Made by a program: the position numbers and the translations under genes
Assembly: GCF_000181795.1 (NCBI RefSeq)
Contig: NW_003526944.1
Location: forward strand, 5,300,913 to 5,364,912
Length of the DNA stretch: 64,000 nucleotides
Direction of reading: 5' to 3'
Origin: Trichinella spiralis
Taxonomy: Eukaryota
Notes under the pieces: generated by a model
The model's input: the letters and a program-made list of their open reading frames with translations, nothing else
Told to the model about the DNA's origin: nothing
Databases searched by the model: none
Shown here: positions 42,117-56,300 of the stretch, piece by piece
How positions within the stretch are numbered: the first letter of the stretch is position 1
How the letters are laid out: each line of letters opens with the position of its first letter

Positions 42117-45100
42117 GAGGAAAGAAATCCAAGCGATTTATGAGTGCATTCAGTCACTATGAAAAGTTTTAAACTGATCTTGAAATATTTTACCATCATT
42201 TTAAAAGAAAAAAATGACCATAATTGAGTGGCATGCATTTTGCATTTATTTTTCTAGCAGTTGAAATATTCATAACATGTAATCATAATGCTAAAAAATA
42301 TTGTGCCTGATTTTACGACTTAATTGCAAAAAATCATTATCTTTCAATATCAGTACAATCAAACTTGAGGACAATCATTATTTCTAAAAAACATACTGCA
42401 TGCAATTTCATTTTGAATGAGTTTAACACTTGAAGAGAACTTTGTTTGCACATATTTGTTTCATATTGAAATTTGTCGTAGATAATAATTATGTTTTTGA
42501 TATATCAGAAGTGATAAAGTTTTATTATTTTGTCATATGTGAACAATCAAAATGAAAAGTGTTATCAGATACTAACGTCATTCACATGTGCAAGAGAATG
42601 AAAATTGCATTCTATCAAAAAAGGCTCCTGGAATCTGTTTCAAAAATCAATATTTTATTCCTGAAACCTGGAATAGACAGCTATTTGCAAAAAATATGAA
42701 TTAAAATAAAATATTTTTATTTCATTCGATTACTTAAACTTTTTACGGCTAGTATAATGATAGGTATAAAATACATTTTATTTAAAATACGCTTTACATA
42801 ATTAATAATTGTTTCGATAATTTCAGTTATAATTGAAAAGACTTTACAATTGAAATAAAGTGATTTTCACAATTTTCAATTAATTTAAAAATATCAATTT
42901 TATTACAAAAATATTAATGGCATAATGCATCCTTTATCATCAATTACAACTGCATGGCGTTGTCCAATAAACATTGATTTCATTTGCGACCGGGTGGTTC
43001 TATGAACGCAAAGTGAAAATGAATATTTTGCTGCATTTTATTATTTTTTCCTATTCAGCAGCACTTTATTGCCATCAGTAAGTACAGTTTCTGCCTATTG
43101 GATAATAATTCTAATGGATTAGGAACTTGTGCTATTTCCTTATGTGTAGAGCACTGATTTCTATGTATTATCATTAGTCACAAAAATTCCCTAAGTTAGT
43201 ACACAAATCCAAAAATGATTATTTTCTATAACTTTGACAGTACCAGTTAATTTTCGGCTTCAACAGAATGCAGCATATTTTAAAGTTTCAGCATTTAAAC
43301 CATTCTGATGTCATGTGTCTGTGGTGTTTAAAGTGAATGTTGTTTAAATTTACAATCTTTAGGCAAAATATTCATTTCAATTCAGCTTTATCACATATTT
43401 CATATTGTTCTACCGGGACACTAAGCTTCTCTGAGTTAGCGATGGCATTTCTGAATGTACCTGTAGTTACTTCTACCTTAGAGGTCCAAATTCTTATGCT
43501 GTTGATTGCTTTCGCTGCAATGATTGCATTTTTGGTTCTTTGCGGATGGTGTAGCAAACGAGAAAGAGATGGAAATGAACAAGCACCTCCTCTAAGACAA
43601 CCACAACCATTATATCCTTGCTATCCACCTGGGCAGGTATATCCACAGCAAATGGGAGCACCAGGATTCATGCCTATGCCTGTTCCTAATTACACTGCAG
43701 GACCACCTCCGACAATTCCGACACAATTTCCAGCTGCTGCACCAGCACCACCGCCTGCATCTGTAGAATCTGAAGATGGAGTTGATCCTGAGTTAGAAGG
43801 CATGGCTAAAGGTCAGTCTGCTAGAGATACAATGGCGGACGTTCCATCTATCAAAGACCATTTACCACCAAAGCGAAAACCGTACTGAACGTTAGTCAGT
43901 TATTCTTTTTTCTGTGACGTTCACTTTTCTACTCACGTAAATTTCATTTCATTCTTTCACTATCACATGTGTGCTTATTTTTATTTTGTTATGCAAGTTC
44001 AAAGTATCATTATTTTATAATGCATAAAAGTAAAATTAATTTTTATATGTGCAAGCCTTCTACTGTAATGTAATTTTTTCAATGAATTAAATGATGTGAT
44101 AGATTTTGTATTTCCAACAAGGCTTAAATATTTCGTAATCAAATTTTCCAAATGAATGCTTGTTAATTAATAACCTGAGAGTACAATGGAACTTATACAA
44201 TTTCATTTTATTACTTTTCAAAGCCTACTGCAGATTTACATAAAATTGCATAACACAGGCTTGGTTGCGTTTCATTTACGACATTTAGTTTTGCTGCAGC
44301 TTTAATGGAATTTATGCTAGAAGATAATTTATCTTTTTTCTCATATCTTTTTCATTGTGTCAGTCTGTACGTGTGTTTTGATAAGTAGTGATGAGAATTG
44401 AATTTTTTCTGCACGATTAATGGACATGAAATTTTCATTGATGCTCCAAAGTGATAGAATGCCATGATTGTTCTTTGATTTTAGATTTTTAATCAAAAGC
44501 GGACTTATTGTTTGATGATTTTAGAAATCTGGTGACGGTGAGAAGGGGATATATTTCAGACTGGTCAATTCACAATTTGCCTTATTCTTTATACATTCAT
44601 TTTTTTATTTTAATTGATGAATCTGCTTGAACGAGGTCGTCGTTTGTCATTTCTGGCCATCTTTGCATCTCTGTCTTCGTCGTGTAGCTTGAGCAAATCT
44701 GATCATTTGTATTTATTTCATTTTCTGGCTCAGTCTCGGTCAAGGCAATCGAACTGCTTTCTGGAAAAATAGTTTCACTTACTTTTCTCAGACGTGAGCA
44801 TCGTGTGCACATCATCTTTTGTATCTCTTATTATTATTATATTTTTTAATTCTACTTATTTACTTATTCTGCGGATGTAGTTGGTCATTCATTTAGATGA
44901 TGTAAAATGGATATTTATTTATAATAGCATCAGACTGATCGAATCCGTGCTTGAAAACCACTGCATTCCTATAAGTAGTTGTGCACGTCACGAGAGTAAG
45001 TTTATGGAAATATGATTATAAACTTGTCTACGGCAGTTTGATGCAAGCACTTTGCACTATTCAGACCCAGAAGTGATTTCTGTACATAAATCTCTGTTTT

Positions 45101-45335
45101 TCCAACAGTTGCCTATTATTATGCAAATATTCACAGAAGAGCGGCGTTATCATTACTGCAATGCGTTCAATTTCAGTGCTGCACTTGAAAAATACGCTGT
45201 GAGTGATGGCCCTTAATGCGTAGTTGCTTTGATCAGTTTGGTATGTGGTTTATGGTCCTCTGACCCGGATTGGTAATACTAGTGGAGTGGCTATCATCGT
45301 TCTAATGGATCAAGTCATACTGTGTGCGCAATACG
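42117..45335 (+). repeat. Segmental duplication unit A. Copy B ~50085-52945 lacks ~44429-44779; partial copy C ~57354-58400 starts at the equivalent of ~43184
   Basis: Direct alignment by eye shows scattered substitutions and a clean deletion junction, ggacatga|tacttttctcag, at 52390 in copy B. Confidence 0.92.
43442..43888 (+). CDS. Orphan intronless single-pass membrane protein with juxtamembrane CGWC and a Pro/Gln-rich tail, copy A (~148 aa from the likely Met; ORF open from 43337)
   Basis: Hydrophobic ILMLLIAFAAMIAFLVL, then CGWCSKR and a Pro-rich tail. The ORF is intact in three copies and is GC-richer than its flanks. Confidence 0.75.
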   Translation: MAFLNVPVVTSTLEVQILMLLIAFAAMIAFLVLCGWCSKRERDGNEQAPPLRQPQPLYPCYPPGQVYPQQMGAPGFMPMPVPNYTAGPPPTIPTQFPAAAPAPPPASVESEDGVDPELEGMAKGQSARDTMADVPSIKDHLPPKRKPY

Positions 45336-48300
45336 CAACTGGGAAGCTTGTAAGGGAGCTTGTCCAATTCTATTAGCATTTTTTTGGTTTGCCTATTTTT
45401 GAAATTTACTAAACACGTAGAAAATTTGGTTGTTTTCTTATTACTCTATTCGACGTTGATAGTGATGCACGTTGCCATTGATTCATTGCATTTTTGCAGA
45501 AGCGAAGAATCAGCGGGAAGAGGGGAAGAGGAGAAAAGAATTAGGTCTGAAACGTTGACGTGTGCTGTGAAGAAGCAGAAAATGGCGGAAACGTTAACAT
45601 TGGCAGAATAGATCGCTTGCAGAAGAACCCTTCTCCTGAGAAATATTTTTTTATATGTACTTATTGGTGTTTAAATTCTCCATGATCAAATCAGGGTAGA
45701 CCTGATTTCCCCCAATGAACTCCGCCTACTTTTCTGCAGTAACTTTTGCTGCTGTGCTCGCATCTAAATTTCGATTGTGGCTCTTATGCATTCTATTTGT
45801 GAAGTACTGGTTTCTTAGCATCTAAATTCCCTCTGAACACTTGAAATTGAGTTTTCACAATAGGTAGCAGATATTTATGGAATTTGCAATTTAACGTTCT
45901 TAAATGCTTACTGATTGGGTGCATTTTCAGGCCAACGATGCTTTTCTTGTGCAGTGGTTAAAAAGCATCAGTATGTACAAGGCAAAAGAATACTTCAATC
46001 GTTGCTAGAAGTTGCTAATTTGCTTGTGGGTCGAAAAACAGGCGGTGATATTCCACGCTGTAATGAAATTTGCAGCTCAACAAAAGTGTCTCAAGTTAGT
46101 AGTGAAAAGAAGTATTTTTCAATTTTTCTGCAACTTTTCTGCAGAGCATATTCAAATCTCTGTAAAATAAGAAAGGATAGTAGCCTAGTTTTTTGAAATC
46201 TGACATCAACGTTTGGCATAAATAAATTAATTGAAGTTCCAGATTGTCGACTAAAGCATGCCTTTTATGAAAAAATCTAATGCAAATAAAATTGCATTTA
46301 GATTGTCAATGTGCTGCGGCATTACAGCGTGGTGAGAGATTACGAGCTGAAAGTTTCCGCAATTTTTATTTGCAACTCAAGAAAATACTGCTGGCTTTGA
46401 GACAACAAACGGAAACTGATAACGAGTCGACGATGATATCAGGAAATTATCTTAACGCAAATGATTTGCTCGATTTTGGGTCTTGTCATGTCGACTTAAA
46501 AACTGTTGAAATACTGACATTTGTTGAAGCTTATGCTGCTAAAATTTGCATTCCCCATTCCAAATTTGATAATAACACAAAATTAAATATTTATATATAC
46601 AGTAGCGTTGATAAGAGGGGAGGGGTGAATTGGGCTGCCGGCTCCAAATAAATCTTCTAGATGCTGTATTTCCTATAAATTAGACGTATCAACGCCCTTT
46701 ATCTTTACATAAAATTGTTTTCAGTTTCAAAATAATTATCATTTCCTTTGGAAAAAAAGTCGTCATGCTTATCATTTTTTAATTTTATATAAGTTCGTAA
46801 TGGATATGATTGTGAAAGCTATCAACGTACGAAAGGAAAAAAATAGGGCAGGCGCCAATTCAAAAAATACATATCGTGATTGTGGCGCGGTGTGATAGCA
46901 TAGTAATTAGGCGCTCGTGTGTGCGCTTGTGTGCTGTTAGTGCTTATATATGTTCGTTAATTAAATGTCAGAAATCATTGATATGTCTCGCTCGGGTGAC
47001 CGGCAAAAGCGAACCATAGCACCAGGTGTTACACGTTTCTGAACTGATACTGTTTACTGTATTTCATTTTTAGGTAAGATAATATTCCCCATTCAATATC
47101 TGTTTTTGATTATTTTGTGATTACTTTAGATTATCATTTTTGATTACATTACATTCAATATTTTTTGTGGTATCTGTTCTTTTGAATTATTAGTCACAAT
47201 TTGCTTCATAGCTTCAAGCAACATTTGTGTAAACTACAAACATTATGATTACTTACTTGTTCTAAAAATGCAAACATTGAAAACTTTGAAATACTATTTC
47301 CATGTAAATAATTGGTTCATCAACACTGAACATTAATTAATAGCAAAGGATTTGTAACTATTCATTATCATTTGTTATTTATTTATAAAATGAACATCAT
47401 AAAGTAAAAGTGAACCATGAAGAATTGATGATATTTTAGTTCCTAGAACTATTCATGCAATTCAGTTCTGTTGAAATTAATAATCCACGTTGAATTTCTT
47501 TATACATATGAAGCGGATATTCTTTAACTTTCAATATTGCTGCATTATCTGTACTATAGTTGGAACTTTTCATCACAACTGAAATATCAATGCATATCAA
47601 TTACGCATTATTTGCTTTTAGCACGAATTATTCAATCCTCACGCAAGGTGCAAGAATTTTCTGAGAATGAGGTATATTTGGAATGGCCATTTTTTGAAGT
47701 ATATTCTGAATAAACTGAATTGGATTTGCAAACGCTATCTACCAAGCTAAACATGGTCGATCGATGACAAGGTACGTGATGTGATTTTATTTATTCAGTT
47801 CAAGCAAGGATGGACAGTGAGATAGCAGCGAATGAGCAGTTCAAGCGTTCAGAATCTAGTACTGATTTCCCCTCAACGAACCCCACTTACTTTTTCTCAT
47901 CTAAATTTCATGGGTTGTCGCTTTGATGGGATTAGGATGCCTAGATAAGGGACTGCTTAACTCCAAATTGCCTATGTGAGCAGGATACGTCAGGGACAAT
48001 CACTATGCAAAATCATAAGTGAACAGCATACTTCAATTTTGATGCTAAGCGAACAAAAGATAATCGAGGGGGCGGTAATGTGACGCTAAGAAACCAGTAC
48101 CTGACTAACAGAACGCATAAGAGCGACAACAAGCAAACTGAAACGGATTATTTTAAATTTGTTATCTTGGCAGAGCAAACGAACAAGCTCATCTTGGCAC
48201 TTTTCGATGGCGTTTCTCGACGGGAGCTACTTCACTTCTCTCCCACTTCAGGGAATTCATTTCGATTTTTCTTGGCATGATGCTTTATCACGCACGTCGC

Positions 48301-48339
48301 CAAAAATGGGGAGCATGTTAGTCTGAAGCATACTCATTT

Positions 48340-49890
48340 AAAAAGAAATACACTAGGTGTTTCTTGGACTTCATGGTTTCTCCAGAAAAATCAGCAAAAG
48401 TCATGACCCTGTTCATGCAACCTGATTGGCTAAACCATTGGTATTGATTGATTGGTAAAATGTCACATTGGGTACTTATACAGAATCTCTAGAAGATTAG
48501 CAGAATTTTGACAAGGTCGTTGTGTTGAGGTTGTCCTTGGTTTAGATGTTGATTGAGGGAAGTTCCCTCGTATCTTGCTGAACCGTCAAATACGATTCAG
48601 CATTTTCTGCTGAGTTTGTCTTCACGGACAATCGTATGGTGTGGTAGATACCATGTTCTTCCTATCTGACTATGTGTATGAAACACCTCTTCCACAAATT
48701 CTTCTTCTAGATATTCTTTCATACCCCTTTCGTACTGGGAGGCTTTGTCAGGATTTTTTATCAGCTCCCCAGTCTGTCGCATTCTGATCACTGCTTGATA
48801 ATCATTATTCAGGAGTTCAGTCTGTCTGTCAACCACGGGAGACGTACGGTGTACATATTTCCATCAAGGTGTAAGGAATGTTCAAAGCTTGTGCTGCTCA
48901 GGCGGGGACCCCTGCCACGGTACTCATGTCGTCTGATGTTCCAACTGTTTTCATCTCCCCAAATCTTTTATCGTCTCAGTCAACTGTTCATCCACTTTCA
49001 AGCAAAGGGCTTAACACAGTGTTTCTCAACCAGGGGGGCGCGCCCCCCTAGGGGGGCGTAGGAAGGTTCCAGGGGGGGCGTGAGAAGTAGGAATTTTTAT
49101 TCCTGCAGAGGTGTTTGAAATTCAGCTTGGTCCACTTCAGCTAAATTTTAACCGCCTATTGTTTCTGGTCATTTTAGTTTTAGCGTAACCGCGTCAGCTG
49201 TGCGCAATTTATAATTTCCCTTTGCACTAAAATCGCCTTTCGAAATTCACCTGATGTGACGAGAGACGTGAATAATTTTTGACAGAGGCATATGCACGAT
49301 ATTTATCAAACTCATAGAACAAAGCCGTATTTTGTCTAATGGTGGAAACAAGCAATGCGGTGAAAATTTCGCCTGAAGTCGACCATCACACTTTATTTTC
49401 TCATTCTTTCCTTCATTCGACATCGCGGCAACACCAACTTTTGTCTCATGTGTGCNNNNNNNNNNAGACGTACGGTGTACAATGTTCCATCAGAGGGTAA
49501 GGAAAGTTCAAAGCTTGTGCTGATCAGGCGGGGACCCCTGTACCGTACTCATGTCGTCTGATGTTCCAAGTGCATTATCTCCCGAATCTTTTATTAAGGG
49601 TGGCGTGCGCTGACACCAGTTTCGAGCAACACTGGCTTAACAGATGTTGCAGATTCCATTTTCTCGTTTACTATCAGGCCGCACACAATCATCCTAAGGT
49701 CGAATGGATGTCTATGGGCTCCCTTCTTTTTCCGCGATTTATTTTCTGATCTATCAACTCATAGTAATGTCCAAGCCAATGAAAACGTTTAAAGCTTTGG
49801 AACTTCATCTGATGTCGTCGACAAACTGCAACGTTTCCAATCGTTTCGACTGATAACGTTGTGCTTTTTGACACTTGTTGTGATCTCCAC
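48340..49890 (-). mobile_element. BEL/Pao LTR retrotransposon pol relic, interrupted by a hAT element and an assembly gap
   Basis: TWYLPHHTIVREDKLSRKC*IVFDGSARYEGTSLNQHL..NDLVKILL is the Pao RT signature. The upstream PIDIHSTLG* resembles the 'T.LGW' motif. Stops and frameshifts are present. Confidence 0.85.
49017..49634 (+). mobile_element. hAT (Charlie/Buster-like) element or MITE with an 8-bp target-site duplication, spanning gap 49456-49465
   Basis: Left TIR cagtgtttctcaac followed by G-tracts; right end tttcgagcaacactg. Identical GCTTAACA at 49009-49016 and 49635-49642 fits the 8-bp TSD of hAT elements. Confidence 0.85.
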
Positions 49891-51401
49891 ACAGTGATTC
49901 GACGAGAATTCTTTCAGTCAGATTGCTTAGACTGAGTACTTCCACAATGCTTTTCTTGACGAATGAACAAACGCTGGTGGCAATGTCAAACACGACATTA
50001 CACGTGAAGAAATTAACTTTTAGACTAACTTTCCACTCCACGGCAAACGCTTCGTTACACCATTCATACTTTCGCATCATGAGAAAGGAAAGAAATCTAA
50101 GCAATTTATAAATGCATTGAGTCACTATAAAAAGCTTTAAACTGATCTTGAAATACTTAACCATCATTTTAAAGGAAAAAAATGACCATAATTGAGTGGC
50201 ATGCATTTTGCATTTATTTTTCTAGCAGTTGAAATATTCATAACATGTAATCATAATGCTAAAAAATATTGTGCCTGATTTTACGACTTAATTGCAAAAA
50301 ATCATTATCTTTCAAGTATCAGTACAATCAAACTTGAGGACAATCATTATTTGTAAAAAACATACCGCATGCAATTTCATTTCGATTGAGTTTAACACTT
50401 GAAGAGAACTTTGTTTGCACATATTTGTTTCATATTGAAATTTGTCGTAGATAATAATTATGTTTTTAATATATCAGAAGTGATAAAGTTTTATTATTTT
50501 GTCATATGTGAACAATCAAAATGAAAAGTGTTATCAGATACTAACGTCATTCACATGTGCAAGGGAATGAAAATTGCATTCCATCAAAAAAGGCTCCTGG
50601 AATCTCTTTCAAAAATCAGTATTTTATTCCTGAAACCTGGAATAGGCAACTATCTGCAAAAAATATGAATTAAAATTAAATATTTTTATTTCATTCGATT
50701 AATTAAACTTTTTACGGCAAGTATAATGATAGGTATAAAATACATTTTATTTAAAATACGCTTTACGTAATTAATAATTGTTTCGATAATTTCAGTTATA
50801 ATTGAAAAGACTTTACAATTGAAATAAAGTGATTTTCACAATTTTCAATTAATTTAAAAATATCAATTTTATTACAAAAATATTAATGGTATAATGCATC
50901 CTTTATCATCAATTACAACTGCATGACGTTGTCTAATAAACATTGATTTCATTTGCGACCGGGTGGTTATATGAACGCAAAGTGAAAATGAATATTTTGC
51001 TGCACTTTATGCTTGCAGCAGCACTTTATTGCCATCAGTAAGTACAGTTTCTGCCTATTGGATAATAATTCTAATGGATTAGGAACTTATGCTATTTCCT
51101 TATGTGTAGAGCAGTGATTTCTATGTATTATCATTAGTCACAAAAATTCCCTAAGTTAGTACACAAATCCAAAAATGATTATTTTCTATAACTTTCTCAG
51201 TACCAGTTAATTCTCAGCTTCGACAGAATACAGCATATTTTAAAGTATCAGCATTTAAACCATTTTGATGTCATGTGTCTGTGCTGTTTAAAGTGAATGT
51301 TGTTTAAATTTACAATCTTTGGGCAAAATATTCATTTGAATTCAGCTTTATCAGATATTTCATATTGTTCTACCGGGACACTAAGCTTCTCTGAGTTAGC
51401 G

Positions 51402-51848
51402 ATGGCATTTCTGAATGTACCTGTAGTTACTTCTACCTTAGAGGTCCAAATTCTTATGCTGTTGATTGCTTTCGCTGCAATGATTGCATTTTTGGTTCTT
51501 TGCGGATGGTGTAGCAAAGGAGAAAGAGATGGAAATGAACAAGCACCTCCTCTAAGACAACCACAACCATTATATCCTTGCTATCCACCTGGGCAGGTGT
51601 ATCAACAGCAAATGGGAGCACCGGGATTCATGCCTATGCCTGTTCCTAATTACACTGCAGGACCTCCTCCGACAATTCTGACACAATTTCCAGCTGCTGC
51701 ACCAGCACCACCGCCTGCATCTGTGGAACCTGAAGGTGGAGTCGATCCTGAGTTAGAAAGCATGGCTAAAGGTCAGTCTGCTAGAGATACAATGGCGGAC
51801 GTTCCATCTATCAAAGACCATTTACCACCAAAGCGAAAACCGTACTGA
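51402..51848 (+). CDS. Orphan membrane protein, copy B
   Basis: Same ORF, intact, with ~6 aa differences from copy A. Confidence 0.72.
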   Translation: MAFLNVPVVTSTLEVQILMLLIAFAAMIAFLVLCGWCSKGERDGNEQAPPLRQPQPLYPCYPPGQVYQQQMGAPGFMPMPVPNYTAGPPPTILTQFPAAAPAPPPASVEPEGGVDPELESMAKGQSARDTMADVPSIKDHLPPKRKPY

Positions 51849-53355
51849 ACGTTAGTCAGTTATTCTTTTTTCTGTGACGTTCACTTTTCTACTCACGTAA
51901 ATTTCATTTCATTCTTTCACTATCACATGTGTGCTTATTTTTATTTTGTTATGCAAGTTCAAAGTATCATTATTTTATAATGCATTAAAGTAAAATTAAT
52001 TTTTATATGTGCAAGCCTTCTACTGCAATGTAATTTTTTCAATGAATTAAATGATGTGATAGATTTTGTATTTCCAACAAGGCTTAAATATTTCGTAATC
52101 AAATTTTCCAAATGAATGCTTGTTAATTAATAACCTGAGAGTACAATGGAATTTATACAATTTCATTTTATTACTTTTCAAGGCCTACTGCAGATCTACA
52201 TAAAATTGCATAACACAGGCTTGGTTGCGTTTCATTTACAACATTTAGTTTTGCTGCAGCTGTAATGGAATTTATGCTAAAAGTTAATTTATCTTTTTTG
52301 TCATATCTTTTTCATTATGTCAGTCTGTACGTGTGTTTTGATAAGTAGTGATGAGAATTGAATTTTTTTCTGCACAATTAATGGACATGATACTTTTCTC
52401 AGACGTGAGCATCGTGTGCACATCATCTTTTGTATCTCTTATTATTATTATATTTTTTAATTCTACTTATTTACTTATTCTGCGGATGTAGTTGGTCTTT
52501 CATTTAGATGATGTAAAATGGATATTTATTTATAATAGCATCTGACTGGTCGAATCCGTGCTTGAAAACCATTACATTCCTATAAATAGTTGTGCACGTC
52601 ACGAGAGTAAGTTTATGAAAATATGATTATAAACTTGCCTACGGCAGTTTGATGCAAGCACTTTGCAGTATTCAGACCCAGAAGTGATTTCTGTACATAA
52701 ATCTCTGTTTTTCCAACAGTTGCCTATTATTATGCAAATATTCGCAGAAGAACAGCGCTATCATTACTGCAATGCGTTCAATTTCAGTGCTGCACTTGAA
52801 AAATACGCTGTGAGTGATGGCCCTTAATGCGTAGTTGCTTTGATCAGTTTGGTATGTGGTTTATGGTCCTCTGACCCGGATTGGTAGTACTAGTGGAGTG
52901 GCTATCATCGTTCTAATGGATCAAGTCATACTGAGTGCGCAATATTCTGCTGGAACGCTTGTATGGTAGTTTTTCCATGAGTACGTTTTAATTGAAGGCA
53001 TGGGAAAGTTGCAAGGTGAGCCAAGCTTTGAATTTCAGCAAAGTGGCCATTAAGAAGTTACCAAAATTTGTCAAATAGGACGCATTACAATGATAACCAG
53101 TGGAAGGTTTGCGACAACGAATATAATTCATTGCAACGACAGCCATTGATATTTTCCTTGCTTTTAAGCTAGTTAAATTTGGTGACATGTCGAGCGGCGG
53201 TTTTTGTGTTGAACGTGAGCAGACAATTTTAACATATTTGGTACTGAGTCTTAAAATTATAGTTATAATAGCATGTTTATTTCATGTTGCTTGCTTTCAG
53301 CTTTCTGATTACAAAAGAACCCATAAAGTCTTGGATCAGTAGAAGAAACAGCGCT

Positions 53356-56300
53356 TGTAATGCAGGATAACTATGCTTTTATTTGAACAAAAATGACATA
53401 CTGGTACCTAAGGCACGCGCACACACGCCTTCCCTCATTAACTGACTATCCGCCGTTTTGACTGTACTCCCAGTGTCTTCGAACATAATTATCTGATACA
53501 TCTCATGATCTTAAGATTAATCTTAATATAAGATCATCCACATATTTCTGCTTCCTATGCGTTCTTGTCGATCGTCTTAATGGTGGAATCCAATGTTCAA
53601 TCGTTCCATTTTTTATTTGTGGTCTCCGTGGTTTTCCAGGTTCGTGTTCTTCCATCTTCAGCACTTACTGACTCAAGAGTAGAAATGGACTCAGCGTCCT
53701 TGGTCGGTATTTTGGCATTCTTAGATGGTCACTCTTGCTTTCTGTTTTGTAGCCATAGCTTGTCAGTGTAGCGCATTTTCCCCCTTGCTCTACTGACACC
53801 ACATAATTTCGAGGAATTCACTAATTGTGTAAGGGAGCCATCTCGCTCCAGTTCCACAACTTTTCCAAACAACGTGCCACGGACAGCCAGCCCCCTGTCT
53901 TTCCTTCATTCTCTTTTGATTGCATCTTTTCTCTTACATCTCAGTAAGTCACGCATATTCTTTTGTGCGTACATCTGATAATTGTTTACCATGTATTCAA
54001 CTTTTGATTCTATTCTTGACCAACAAACAACTTTTTGCCAATGATTTTGTTTGTACAATTCCTCTATTCGCTGCGCGTAACAATGGCAGTACTTTGTTTT
54101 TGAGACTTGGAATTATTATGCTGTTCCCCACAAGAAACAGCCTCTCTGAACAGACATTTCATTCTTTTTGTTCACGAAAGGTTTAAATTCTTGTGTTTAT
54201 TCATTGGTATTGTAGCCATGTTGCATCCCTCTCAACATTATTGCAAGAATGGGATCTCTCACCGTTGCATCTGCAATTGACTTTGAATCCAGTGGCTGTC
54301 CCTAAGTGTAGATTTCAAAAATAGCACTTCTTTAGGTTGTGGGATCTGCGTTTTACAACTTTCATTTAATGATGTCAGTCTGCTCATGGAGTGGGCGTTT
54401 GCATTTATTTTGCTTTCCCGTTCTATATTCAACATAATTGTATGAGCTTAGCATGAGCGTCCATCTCAAAATTCAAGATGGGAACATGTTTGGAATTTGT
54501 CAATTTGGGTGGAAAAGACCTAGAAGCGGTTTGTGGTCTGTTGTTATTTTAAACGATCAGTCTGCCAGGTACTGATAGAATTTTTTGATTCCAAAACTGA
54601 TCGCCCGTGCCTCCCTGTCTAACTGTGAGTAGATTTTTCACTTTTCTGCAAGATTCGCGATCCATATGCTATCGGTGCTTTTATTTCATCTGACAGTTTA
54701 TGTGCCAACACTGCAGTAACACAGAAAGCTAAAACAACACCAGCTAGTATCAATGGTAGGTCTGTTGAATAGCGTGTTAACACATTGTGTGACATGAGTA
54801 ATTTCTCTGCCACCTCGAAAGATTTTACATGTTTCCCTCTCAATTCCCAGGGTACCTCTTTTTTCAACAGTTGGAATAGTGGTTTCAGCACTGCTGATTT
54901 GTTTGGTAAAAATCGTTCGTAAAAATCCAGCATTACAAGAAAAACCTCTAACTCTTTTCTGTTTCCTGGGGTTCTAAAATTCTTCATCCGCCTGATCTTC
55001 TCATTCGTTGGGTGTATTCCCTTTGAATCAATTTTAAATCCCAAAAATGACAGTTTCAAGTGTGAACTGCATTTTTCTTTGTTTAACCGCAGTCTGGTTT
55101 CCCTCAGTCGTTGCACAACTGCTCTCACTTGTTCCAATGATAAGCCTCATTTTTCTCCGCTATCAACATGTCGTCTAAATACACTATCGTGTCCCTTATT
55201 TGACATGATTGACTGCATTAGTCTTTAAAAAGATAATTAGTGCTCATCACTAGATCATCAAAGGGGAGCCTTTACACTTTACATAATCCACGTTGAGTAT
55301 ATAAGGTAAGCAATAGGGGCGACGATTCATTCACTAAGACTTTTGTATAAGCTCTGTCCAAATCCAATTTTGTGAACAGTTTTTCTTCTGCTAGTTCTGC
55401 GAAAACGTCATTGATTGTTGGTAAGGAGTACACATCTGTTTTTATTGCTGGGTTCACTGTTCCTTTATAGTTCCCGCATAGATGAATTTTACTATTTGCT
55501 TTTACTACAGATACAATGAGTGACGCCCACTTAGAGTAGCTGATAGCAACCAACACTTTTTCTTCCACCAGCCTATCTACCTCCTTCCACTTTGTTTTTC
55601 AAAGCAAATGGGACTTGTCTATGGTGCAAAAATGTTGGTTTTGCATCTTTATCAACAATTACTTCTAGTGGTCGATCTGTATACTTGCCCACTCCTTCAC
55701 TGACGACATCCAGAAATCTTCCATGAGTGCTCCAGCTAAATTCTTTGTCAACATGTTTGCCTTGCAACTTTTATGTTGAGTGCATCGAACCAATTTCTGC
55801 CTATTAAACTTGGACCTCTGCCTTTTATTACCATTAAGGGTAATATCTGCTTCCTCATTTTATATTCAACTACTATGTCCATCTCTCTTAGCATTTCTAG
55901 CCGTTGCTGCGTCCACTTATGAAAAAAAAACTTCTGACTTCCTTATTTGTTCTAAAGATTGTCTGATACGGGCGTTCACTTATGAGTGAATAGTCAGTCT
56001 ATCTTATGCGTCAGTCTATCTCGATTTGTAGATTTTCTCTGTCCAATTCTACTTTTAGTTGGAATTTCTGCTTGCTCGCTCCATCCATATTCAAAATCTA
56101 TTCATCAGGCTGTTCAGGCCCATCCACCATGAAGTGTGTGCTATGTCTCTTGCCTTTTTGCCATAGATTATTTGTGGCCCTATTATTCTGATTTTTATTT
56201 TTGTGAAAACATGCCTATTCCAGGTCACCTTTTCTCTTACAGAATCTGCATACGGCATTTACATATGGACATTCTAGCGGCCCATTTTCCCTGAGGCAAT

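Noticed and set aside
46881..47033. Possible solo LTR (TG...CA, GC-richer, TATA-like motif)
   Set aside because: No target-site duplication, primer site or second copy in the window.
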